Shown here: piece by piece, positions 19,605-27,376 of the stretch
How the letters are laid out: every line of letters starts with the position of its first letter
Numbering within the stretch: position 1 is the first letter of the stretch
Assembly (NCBI GenBank): GCA_963761005.1
Contig: CAVXFK010000002.1
Coordinates: forward strand, 31,666 to 95,665
Length of the DNA: 64,000 bases
Source of the DNA: an uncultured Alphaproteobacteria bacterium
GTDB lineage: Bacteria; Pseudomonadota; Alphaproteobacteria; Rhizobiales; Afifellaceae
Reading direction: 5' to 3'
Notes under the pieces: model-generated
The model's input: the letters and a program-made list of their open reading frames with translations, nothing else
Told to the model about the DNA's origin: nothing
The model's database searches: none
Translations under genes and position numbers: made by a program

Positions 19605-20033
19605 TCAAAAGCGGTAGGTAAAAAGGCCGCGCCGCTCGTAGACAGCGGCCGCCTCTTCGACGAAGCGCGCCATCAGCTCCGCCTTGTGCTCCTCTCGCAA
19701 TTTTCGGGCCGCTTCGAGGAGCGGCGCCTTGTCCTTGGCGCGGCCCGGGCGGAGCAGCTCGTAGACAGCCATGATGAAATCCTGCGGCACGTCGACCAGC
19801 TCCGCCGCGCGCTCGAAGTTCGCCGCGAGCATCGGCCGGCCAGCAGCGCGCGCGACCTCCGCCTGCATGCGGAGTGCGGCGGGCGTGATGCGAAGGTCTT
19901 CGAGCGCCACCTCGCCGGCAAGGAGCTTGTCGAGCGTGATCTCGTCGAGCGCCTTGCCGCGCCGGCCCTGGATCAGCTCCGGACGCTTCTCGGCGAGCGG
20001 GTAGTCGGCGACGCCTAGCGTGCGCTCGCCCAT
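19605..20033 (-). CDS. Diol/glycerol dehydratase small (gamma) subunit (PduE/DhaB3-like)
   Basis: DYPLAEKRPE, ITLDKLLAGEV, LRITPAALRMQA, NFERAAEL and LRPGR match the small-subunit pattern. It lacks the N-terminal extension. Confidence 0.9.
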   Translation of the reverse strand: MGERTLGVADYPLAEKRPELIQGRRGKALDEITLDKLLAGEVALEDLRITPAALRMQAEVARAAGRPMLAANFERAAELVDVPQDFIMAVYELLRPGRAKDKAPLLEAARKLREEHKAELMARFVEEAAAVYERRGLFTYRF

Positions 20034-22294
20034 TTCGGCGCTCCCGCATAGCTGACTGCGATCTCTTCCGGCGAGGCGCCGTCGACGACGAGCGACGTCT
20101 CGATCGCATAAAGAAGCGCCACGCGCGCGTGGTAGCGCGCGCCCATCGCCTCGCCGCGCGTCGGCACGACGACCGGCTCAGGCAACTTCCCGCGTGCATA
20201 GTGCGCCGCGTTCTTCCCGAGCGCGCGATAGTGCGCGAGCGTCGTGATCGGCGCGTTCGAGAAGAGCTCGAGATTGTTATGCGGGAGGCGGTCCTTCTGA
20301 TGGATGACCGCGGTGCCCTTCGCCTGGATGCCGATGCCGACGCCGGAGCCCGCAAGCCGCGCCGCGCTCAGGCCAAGGAACGAAGTGTCGGCGGTATGCA
20401 GCATGCGCACGATCCGCGCGGCAGCGCCGCCTTCCTCGATCCCTTCGACGAGTCCCTGCAGGAGCTCGGCGAGCGGAATGCCGCCGAGCGTGCGGAAGAA
20501 CTTGATGCCGAAGGCAGGCGAGACGCCGATCACTACTTCCGTCGGCGAGGTTCCGACCTTCGCGGGTCCCATCGTTCTGAAAGTGATGTCGGACGCGGCG
20601 TAACGCGCGAACTCTTCCTCCTGCGAGAGCACCGTCTCGCGGTCGAGCACGTCACGGATCGCGTGGATCTCCTGGCGCCGCGCCTCGGTGAGACGGTAGC
20701 CGGTACCGGGGCCGAGGTAGTCGTTCGGGTCGTTGACGGCGGAGAGGACTTTTCCGTCGCGGATGACCGCCGACGTCTGCAGATAGTCACCGGAGATTCT
20801 GAGCTTCACGAGCCAGAGCAGACTTTCCGCCTCCTCCTGGAAGCCACGCTTGGCAAGTGCCTTGATGACGTCGACGACGTTGATGCAGCGCGCCTTGATC
20901 TCCTCGGAGATCAGCGAGACATCGCGCGGCCGGTAGCTTTCGGTCTCATCCGAGCCTGAGGCGGTGAGAACGCTCGCCTTCATCGCCGCGGTCGGCACTC
21001 CGAGCGCCAACTCCTCGAACACCGCGGAGAGCGCGTCGAGCGCCCGGCGCCTCAGATCGAGGGCGCGATCTTCTAGGATCGGGGTCAGCCCTCCGTCCGC
21101 CTCGAAGTCGCGCTGCAGGACCAGAAAATCCTCCAGCTCCTCGCCGTTCAAAAGCGAGGGGTTGAAGGAGTTGTCGTATTTCAGGATCGATCCGAAGCCG
21201 GAGCAGATCAGGTCGGAGCCGGCGATCAGAAAAGGGAGGATCTTCGCACCGACTCGAATCTCCGACTCCGTCGAGCGCGCGTCATTGCCGCTTGCGCATT
21301 CGAGATCGAGCCAGACGGCGAGAAGGTTCTCCGCCATCAGCTCGCGTATGCCGCCGGGCACGGTCGCCGTCAGCGGGGCGCCATCGACGCCGCCGTTCTG
21401 CGTTCCCTGCACGCCCATGCCGCGCTGCAGGCAGAGGCAGCGTGCTTCCAGGTAGAGCAGCGACTTCGACTCATGGAAGCCCATGAGTAGCTCCGAGCCG
21501 GCGCCCGAGGTGCAGCGCATCTTGATGCCGCGTGAGGCGTAGGCGGAGGCGAGGAAGGCTTTCGACCACGGCGTGTCGTCGCCGTCGATGAAGGTGCGCT
21601 CCGTGCCGTAGACGGACACCGTCTCGGCGTAGGAGGTGAAGCCGGCCATGCCGATCTGCAGTTCCTCCGCCTCCTCGCTCGAGCATTGGAACAACGTTCC
21701 GGCGCGGCCGACCGCTGCGCCGACGCAGCAGGCAAGCGCGTTCGACCAAGCATTCCGCGAGACGCGCATCGTCGTCTCGATCTCGTCGAACCCGAGCGCC
21801 ACCGCGATCGCCGCGTCGGCCGCAAGCTGCAGCGGATCGTCCTTGGCGTTCGTCACATGCGCCTGGTTGCCGGGAGTCTTGCGCGCCCGCATTTTCGAAT
21901 AAGCGAAGGCAATCTCCATCGCCGAGAGCTCGGCGACGACCTCCGCCAGCTTCGCCGGCGTCATGCCGTGGGCCAAGCGCACGAGCTCGGTGCGCGGCAC
22001 GTTCATGTCGACCAGCATGCGCGCGATCTGAGGCGAGGGGATCGCCATCGCCTCCGGCGCGACCTTGGGGTCGATGTGGTAGCGCGCGATGAAGACATCG
22101 ATCATGTCGAACTCGGCGGCAGCAACGCCGTCCATCGCGGCGATGCGGCCGTCCTCGATGGCGATTCCGGGCTTTGGATCGTGCGGGCTGTTGAACGCCG
22201 CGAAGCCGTTGTCGGCATCCTCCACGGCGAACATGTCGAGCCGGAGCGGCCGCTCGTCCCAATCCGCAAACCGTCGCCAGCGATTGGCCGACAT
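20015..22294 (-). CDS. Fused large (alpha) plus medium (beta) subunit of AdoCbl-dependent diol/glycerol dehydratase
   Basis: The PduC-like part carries GNQAHVTN, GFDEIETT, GVQGTQNG, LDLECASGND, SDLICSGF. The PduD-like C-terminus carries VVIGVSPAFG, GSGVGIGIQAKGTAVIHQ, NLELFSNAP. ATG 22294 is preceded by GGAGAG. Confidence 0.9.
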   Translation of the reverse strand: MSANRWRRFADWDERPLRLDMFAVEDADNGFAAFNSPHDPKPGIAIEDGRIAAMDGVAAAEFDMIDVFIARYHIDPKVAPEAMAIPSPQIARMLVDMNVPRTELVRLAHGMTPAKLAEVVAELSAMEIAFAYSKMRARKTPGNQAHVTNAKDDPLQLAADAAIAVALGFDEIETTMRVSRNAWSNALACCVGAAVGRAGTLFQCSSEEAEELQIGMAGFTSYAETVSVYGTERTFIDGDDTPWSKAFLASAYASRGIKMRCTSGAGSELLMGFHESKSLLYLEARCLCLQRGMGVQGTQNGGVDGAPLTATVPGGIRELMAENLLAVWLDLECASGNDARSTESEIRVGAKILPFLIAGSDLICSGFGSILKYDNSFNPSLLNGEELEDFLVLQRDFEADGGLTPILEDRALDLRRRALDALSAVFEELALGVPTAAMKASVLTASGSDETESYRPRDVSLISEEIKARCINVVDVIKALAKRGFQEEAESLLWLVKLRISGDYLQTSAVIRDGKVLSAVNDPNDYLGPGTGYRLTEARRQEIHAIRDVLDRETVLSQEEEFARYAASDITFRTMGPAKVGTSPTEVVIGVSPAFGIKFFRTLGGIPLAELLQGLVEGIEEGGAAARIVRMLHTADTSFLGLSAARLAGSGVGIGIQAKGTAVIHQKDRLPHNNLELFSNAPITTLAHYRALGKNAAHYARGKLPEPVVVPTRGEAMGARYHARVALLYAIETSLVVDGASPEEIAVSYAGAPKWASAR

Positions 22295-22582
22295 GAGCGA
22301 CTCTCCAACCACCCGGGTTCTCAGGAGACTCCCCTGACCTTGCGGGCGATGCTTCCCTCGGTCAAGCACCGACTGTTTTGCGCTCGGTCGGCAGTCAGCC
22401 GCCGCGCGCTTCGGCACAGCTTCCATTGAACAAGCGGCAAACCAACGCGCTTCGATGAAAGCGCCTGTGTGAATGCAGTGGCGCAGGGCCAGTACCAACT
22501 CGCCGGCGTTCCATTGTGACCTCGAACTTGACGGCTCACGGGCCCCCCAATAGTCTCAGTTAGTGAAATGTTGTCCCAGTGA

Positions 22583-24115
22583 ATGGGATTAGAGATGACA
22601 CGGGGCGGGGACGCGCTTTTAGAGGTCCGTGGGCTTTGCAAGCGTTTCGGTGGGACCGAGGCGCTGCGCAATGTCGACTTCTCCGTCCTGCCCGGCGAGA
22701 TCCATGCACTCCTCGGTGCGAACGGCGCCGGCAAGTCGACTCTGATCAAGGTGCTCGCCGGCGTCCACACCGCCGATGCGGGCGAGATCAGGATCGCCGG
22801 CCGGCCGCGCGACCAGCAACTGGTGCGCCGCCACATCGCCTTCGTCCACCAGGATCTCGGCCTGATCGAGACGTTCAGCGTCGGCGAGAACATGGCCATG
22901 GGCTATGGGTATCCGCGGCGGTGGAAGTTCATCGACTGGAAGGCGGTGAACCGCGTCGCGGCGGAGGCTCTCGAGTTCCTCGGTTCGCCGCTGCCGCTCG
23001 ACCGGCCGGTCAGCGAGCTGACGCGCGCCGAGAAATCGATCGTGGCGATCGCCCGCGCGCTCGTCGAAAAGGTCGAGCTTCTGGTGCTTGACGAGCCGAC
23101 GGCTAGCTTGCCTGAAGCTGACGTCGGCCGGCTTTTCGACGTGCTCTTCAGGGTCCGCGAACGGAACGCCAGCGTCATCTACGTCACGCACCGCCTCGAC
23201 GAGGTCTTCCGGATCGCCGACGCGGTGACGGTGCTCCGCGACGGGCGCACGGTCGCGGTCTATCGGCCTGTCACGCTGTCGCCTGAGCAGCTCGTGACCG
23301 ACATCGTCGGTCGCGCGCCGGTGGCGCTCCTGATGTCGCGCAAGAAGCGGCGGGGCGTGCCTGCGCTCGAGGTGGAGGGGCTTCGCGCCGGCACGGTGGG
23401 GCCGATCGACTTTCATGTCGGCGTCGGCGAGATCGTCGGGTTGGCGGGGCTGAGAGGGCAGGGGCACGAGGTCGTAGGGCGCGCGATCGCCGGTGTGCTC
23501 AACCGCGACGCCGGCGTCGTCCGCATCAACGGTGTCGAGGCGAAGATCGACGCGCCGGCGGCCGCGATTGCGGCCGGGCTCGGCTTCGCGACGGGAAAGC
23601 GCGCCGAGGAGGCGCTCGCCGGCACCTTGACCGTGAAGGAGAACCTCTTCCTCAACCCGTTGAACTTCGGCCACAAATCGTTCCGGCTGAAGAGCCGCAG
23701 CAAGGAGCGGACGGCCGCGCGGGATATCCTGGCGAAATTCGACGTGCGCCCGGTCGATCCGGAGCGCGACATCTCCACCCTTTCGGGCGGCAACCAGCAG
23801 AAGGTCGTACTCGCCCGCTGGGCCGGTCGCCGCTACAAGCTCCTCATCCTCGAAGAGCCGACGATCGGCGTCGACTTCGGCGCGAAGTCGGAAATCTACC
23901 GGATGATGGCCGAGGACGCCGCGGCCGGCACTTCGTCGATCATCATCTCCTCGGACTTGGACGAGCTCGCGCAGATCTGCGACCGCGTGCTTGCCTTCAG
24001 CCGCGGGCGGATCGTGGCGGAGATATCGCGTCCTGATCTGAGCGTTGCCGCGCTGACCCACGCCGTGAGTGGGGCGGCGGCGGTCGCCAAGACACAGAGC
24101 GCGGCGCTGCAATGA
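22583..24115 (+). CDS. Sugar (CUT2-type) ABC transporter ATP-binding protein, tandem NBD
   Basis: GANGAGKST, LLVLDEPT, LSGGNQQKV and LLILEEPT motifs. ATGA overlap with the permease. Confidence 0.92.
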   Translation: MGLEMTRGGDALLEVRGLCKRFGGTEALRNVDFSVLPGEIHALLGANGAGKSTLIKVLAGVHTADAGEIRIAGRPRDQQLVRRHIAFVHQDLGLIETFSVGENMAMGYGYPRRWKFIDWKAVNRVAAEALEFLGSPLPLDRPVSELTRAEKSIVAIARALVEKVELLVLDEPTASLPEADVGRLFDVLFRVRERNASVIYVTHRLDEVFRIADAVTVLRDGRTVAVYRPVTLSPEQLVTDIVGRAPVALLMSRKKRRGVPALEVEGLRAGTVGPIDFHVGVGEIVGLAGLRGQGHEVVGRAIAGVLNRDAGVVRINGVEAKIDAPAAAIAAGLGFATGKRAEEALAGTLTVKENLFLNPLNFGHKSFRLKSRSKERTAARDILAKFDVRPVDPERDISTLSGGNQQKVVLARWAGRRYKLLILEEPTIGVDFGAKSEIYRMMAEDAAAGTSSIIISSDLDELAQICDRVLAFSRGRIVAEISRPDLSVAALTHAVSGAAAVAKTQSAALQ

Positions 24116-25168
24116 CCGCCAGCCGCAACTGCGACCTGAAGGACGAGCGGCCGGTCGAGATGCCGCCGATCGCGCCGCCGCACGAGCCACCGGCGACGCC
24201 GGAACGACGCGGTGCGAAGGCGTTCGTCCTCCACGTTCTTTCCGTCCACGGGCTTCTCGTCTTCGGCTTCGCGCTCGTCATCGTCTTCTCGTTCCTGTTG
24301 CCGCAGACCTTCACCGGCACCCAGACTTTCCGCGCGATCCTCGGGAACAACACGACCGTGGCGCTTCTCGCCATGGCCGAGATGATCGTGATCTCGACCG
24401 GCAACTACGATCTCTCGATCGCCTACAATGTCGGGCTCATGCACATCACGGCGATGGGCCTTCTGACGGACCTCTATCTGCCGTGGCCCTTCGTCGTGAT
24501 CGCGACGATCGGGATCGGCGGCCTGATCGGCTGGATCAACGGCGTCGCTGGTCGAATACGCCAAGATCGACTCCTTCATCGCCACGCTCGGCGTTGGCAC
24601 CATCCTCTATGGTGTCGGTTCCTGGTACACGAACGGCACGCAGCTCGTCGGCAACGTTCCGATCGCCTTCGCCGACCTGAACGATGCCAAGCTCTTCTCG
24701 ATTCCGCTCCCGACCTACATGGTCGCAGCGGTCGCGATCCTCGCCTGGGTCTGCCTCGAGCATCTGCCGGTCGGGCGCCATCTCTATGCCATCGGCTCGA
24801 ACCGCAGGGCGGCGGAGCTGACCGGCGTTCCCGCGCGGCGGCTGGTGATGGGCGCCTTCGTGTGCAGCGGCCTCGTCGTCGGATTGGCGGGCGTGCTCCT
24901 CGCCGCGCGGCTGCAGGTGGCGCAAAGCTCGGTCGGTCCGGAATTTCTGCTGCCGGCGTTCGTCGGCGCGCTGCTCGGCGCGACGACCGTCAGGCCCGGT
25001 CGCGTCAATGCCTGGGGCACGATCATCGCTGTGCTCGTGCTCGCCGTCGGCATCGCCGGGCTGCAGCAGCTTGGGAACTCGTTCTTCGCCGAGCCGATCT
25101 TCCAGGGCGCCGCCCTGATCATCTCCGTCGGCTTGGCAGGCTACGCCGCTCGCCGGCGCAAGCGGTGA
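24112..25168 (+). pseudogene. Sugar ABC transporter permease (RbsC/AraH-like) interrupted by a frameshift at about 24547
   Basis: The N-terminal half reads in frame 1 up to GLIGWINGV. It continues in frame 2 as LVEYAKIDSFIATLGVGTILYG...HLYAIGSNRRAAELTG to stop 25168. Confidence 0.8.
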
Positions 25169-25295
25169 AGCAAGAAGAGATGGAGAGAACCGTCTTCACA
25201 AGTGTTTGGGTTGAGGAAGGGAGGAATTCGCATGAACAGGTTTACGTAAGCATCTGCTCTCGGGTGCCGTCGCCGCGCTTGCGGCCACCACGCTC

Positions 25296-26348
25296 ATGAG
25301 CGCCGCCTTCGCGGACGAGGTTCTCGACCGCATGAAGGCGGACATCGCCCGCTCGGTCGGTCCGCAGACGACGTGGGACGGCCCGACCACCGGACCGAAG
25401 GCCGCCAAGGACAAGTCCATCGTCTACGTGTCGCTCACCCAGAACTCGAGCGGCAACGCCGACTCCGCGCGCGGCGCGGAGGAAGCGTCGAAGGTGCTCG
25501 GCTGGAAGTTCACGCTGATGGACGGCAAGGGCACCGCGACCGGCGGTGCCGACGCGCTCGCCCAGGCGATCGCGCTGAAGCCCGACGCGATCATCCTCGG
25601 CTCGGTCTCGATCGAGAACAACAAGAGCCTGATCCAGCAGGCGAACGACGCCGGCATCGTCGTCATCGGCTGGCACGCCACCGACAAGCCCGGCCCGGTC
25701 GCCGATCCCAAGGTCTTCACCAATGTCGGCACCGATCCCTGGGATATCGCCTACACCGCCGGCGAATACGCCGTCGTCGATTCCAACGGGACGGCGCAGG
25801 CGGAAGTCATCAGCGACCGGCAATATCCGATCGTGGTGACGAAGAGCGACGGCATCGAGAAGGCCATCGCCGAGTGCAGCGGCTGCAAGCTTCTCTCCGA
25901 AGACAACGCGCCTTTCGGCGAGGTTCCGCAGCGCACGCCCGGGCTGATCAGCTCGCTGCTCCAGCGCTTTGGCAGCAATCTCGGCTACATCCTCACGTTC
26001 AATGAGGTGTATTTCGATTTTGCCGTGCCGACGCTGAAGGCCGCCGGCATCGATCCCAGCGCGCCACCGCATCTGGTCGCCGCCGGTGATGGCAGCGAAT
26101 CGGCCTATCAGCGCATTCGGAACGGCCAGTATCAGGTCGCGACCGTCCCCGAGCCGGCGGTGATGCACGGCTGGCAACTGGTCGACGAGTTGAACCGCGC
26201 CTTCAACGGGCAGCCTCCTTCGGGCTTCGTGACCAAGGTCCACCTCGTGACCAAGGACAACGTCGACGCCGACGGTGGCGACAAGAACCGCTTCGAGCCG
26301 TCGAACAATTATCGCGAGCACTACAAAGAGATCTGGGGCGTGCAATAG
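25296..26348 (+). CDS. Sugar ABC transporter periplasmic binding protein (the signal-peptide region appears frameshifted; see findings)
   Basis: Type-I periplasmic binding fold (IVYVSLTQNSSGN..., IVVIGWHA). The ORF from ATG 25296 lacks an export signal. An RBS plus ATG at 25232 in another frame supplies MNRF..RKHLLSGAVAALAATTL. Confidence 0.82.
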   Translation: MSAAFADEVLDRMKADIARSVGPQTTWDGPTTGPKAAKDKSIVYVSLTQNSSGNADSARGAEEASKVLGWKFTLMDGKGTATGGADALAQAIALKPDAIILGSVSIENNKSLIQQANDAGIVVIGWHATDKPGPVADPKVFTNVGTDPWDIAYTAGEYAVVDSNGTAQAEVISDRQYPIVVTKSDGIEKAIAECSGCKLLSEDNAPFGEVPQRTPGLISSLLQRFGSNLGYILTFNEVYFDFAVPTLKAAGIDPSAPPHLVAAGDGSESAYQRIRNGQYQVATVPEPAVMHGWQLVDELNRAFNGQPPSGFVTKVHLVTKDNVDADGGDKNRFEPSNNYREHYKEIWGVQ

Positions 26349-26422
26349 GCGAGAGCTTCAGAAGCGCCGGCGCGGGCTTGCCTGCGCCGGCACGATCCTT
26401 AGAAAACATGGACATGTGATCC

Positions 26423-27289
26423 TTGACCCGGGCAAAGCGAACGGCGAGTCTGGCGGCGAAACCTGCATCGCTTGCTGCGCCTTTGCCCAAATTGCCCAGA
26501 CGAAAGTCGGTCGAGCCCGCTCCTGAAGCGCCGATTGGAACGCTTGAGCGGGGCCTCTCCATCCTGCAGTTCTTCAAGCGCTCGCCGGAGGCGACGATTC
26601 CGGAGGTTGCAGTTGCCGTTGGCCTCAGCCGCTCGACCACCTACCGGATCGCCGAGCGGTTGCACGAGCTCGGATTCCTGGAGGTCAACAGCACGACCAA
26701 CCGCTGGCGGCTCGGGCGCGAGGCGGTGCAGCTCGGCGTCGTGGCGCTCCAGTCGACCGACGTGATGCAGGTTGCGCCGGAGCTCTTGCGCCTCCTGCTC
26801 GAAATGGCGGGCGAGGCCGTCAACCTCGCGGTGTTCGACGCCGACAGCATGGTGCTGCTCTACCGTGAGCAGGGTCCGCAGTCGGTGACCATCAGCTCGC
26901 GGCTCGGCTCGCACCGCCCGATGCACGCGAGCGCCGTCGGCAAGGCGTTTCTCTCGGCGATGGACGACAGGGAGCGCCGCGTGCTTCTCGGTCGCGTCTC
27001 TCTCAAGCGATACACCGACAGCACGATCACCAGCGCCGTCGCGCTCGAACGCGAGATCGCCGAGATCAAGAGTCGCGGCTATGCGATCGATCACAGCGAA
27101 TTCGAGGCGACGCTTGCGTGCACCGCGGCGGCGGTCTTCGACCATCGGCGACAGCCGGTCGCGGCGATCAGCGTATCGGGACCGGCGGAGCGTGTTTTGC
27201 CGCAGATCGATCGCATCGGCGGCCTGGTCACGGAGACAGCCAAGGCGATCTCCGAGCGGCTCGGCTTCGTGCGCGGCACGTTGCCTTGA
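26423..27289 (+). CDS. IclR-family transcriptional regulator
   Basis: Winged HTH (IPEVAVAVGLSRSTTYRIAERL) plus an IclR effector domain (GYAIDHSEFEATLACTAAAVFD). Confidence 0.88.
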   Translation: MTRAKRTASLAAKPASLAAPLPKLPRRKSVEPAPEAPIGTLERGLSILQFFKRSPEATIPEVAVAVGLSRSTTYRIAERLHELGFLEVNSTTNRWRLGREAVQLGVVALQSTDVMQVAPELLRLLLEMAGEAVNLAVFDADSMVLLYREQGPQSVTISSRLGSHRPMHASAVGKAFLSAMDDRERRVLLGRVSLKRYTDSTITSAVALEREIAEIKSRGYAIDHSEFEATLACTAAAVFDHRRQPVAAISVSGPAERVLPQIDRIGGLVTETAKAISERLGFVRGTLP

Positions 27290-27313
27290 CGCTCCGCCTG
27301 GCGCTGTCTACCG

Positions 27314-27349
27314 TCTCATTTGATGAGAGCGTGTCCCATTCAATGGGAC
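27314..27349. promoter_or_regulatory. Two adjacent palindromes upstream of kdgD-like gene (operator candidates)
   Basis: TCTCAT-ttg-ATGAGA (27314-27328) and GTCCCATT-c-AATGGGAC (27333-27349), directly downstream of iclR. Confidence 0.45.
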
Positions 27350-27376
27350 ATCCTCTCAAGCCAGCGGATTGAGCAC

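Noticed and set aside
19576-20355. N-terminal 260 aa of the 491-aa ORF 18880-20355.
   Set aside because: It overlaps the dehydratase gamma gene in another frame and is RRA-rich junk. The isochorismatase domain starts at the internal ATG 19575.
22295-22582. Possible cobalamin riboswitch in the 288-nt leader of the B12-dependent dehydratase (segments such as CAATGGAAGC and GGTCAGGGGAGTCTCC).
   Set aside because: The resemblance to the B12-box and core is only loose, and I cannot fold or score it here. B12 riboswitches normally control B12 supply or B12-independent isozymes, not B12-dependent enzymes. An Rfam covariance scan would settle it.
26366-26391. 8-bp GC stem (GCCGGCGC...GCGCCGGC) after the binding-protein gene, considered as a terminator.
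   Set aside because: The stem is short, the loop is 10 nt and there is no U-tract. It is not distinguishable from chance in GC-rich DNA.
27320-27376. Longer start (TTG 27320 / ATG 27323) for the kdgD-like gene.
   Set aside because: The extension (MMRACPIQWDILSSQRIEH) has no counterpart in KdgD N-termini as I recall them, and it would bury two perfect palindromes in coding sequence. GTG 27377 aligns with homologue starts.
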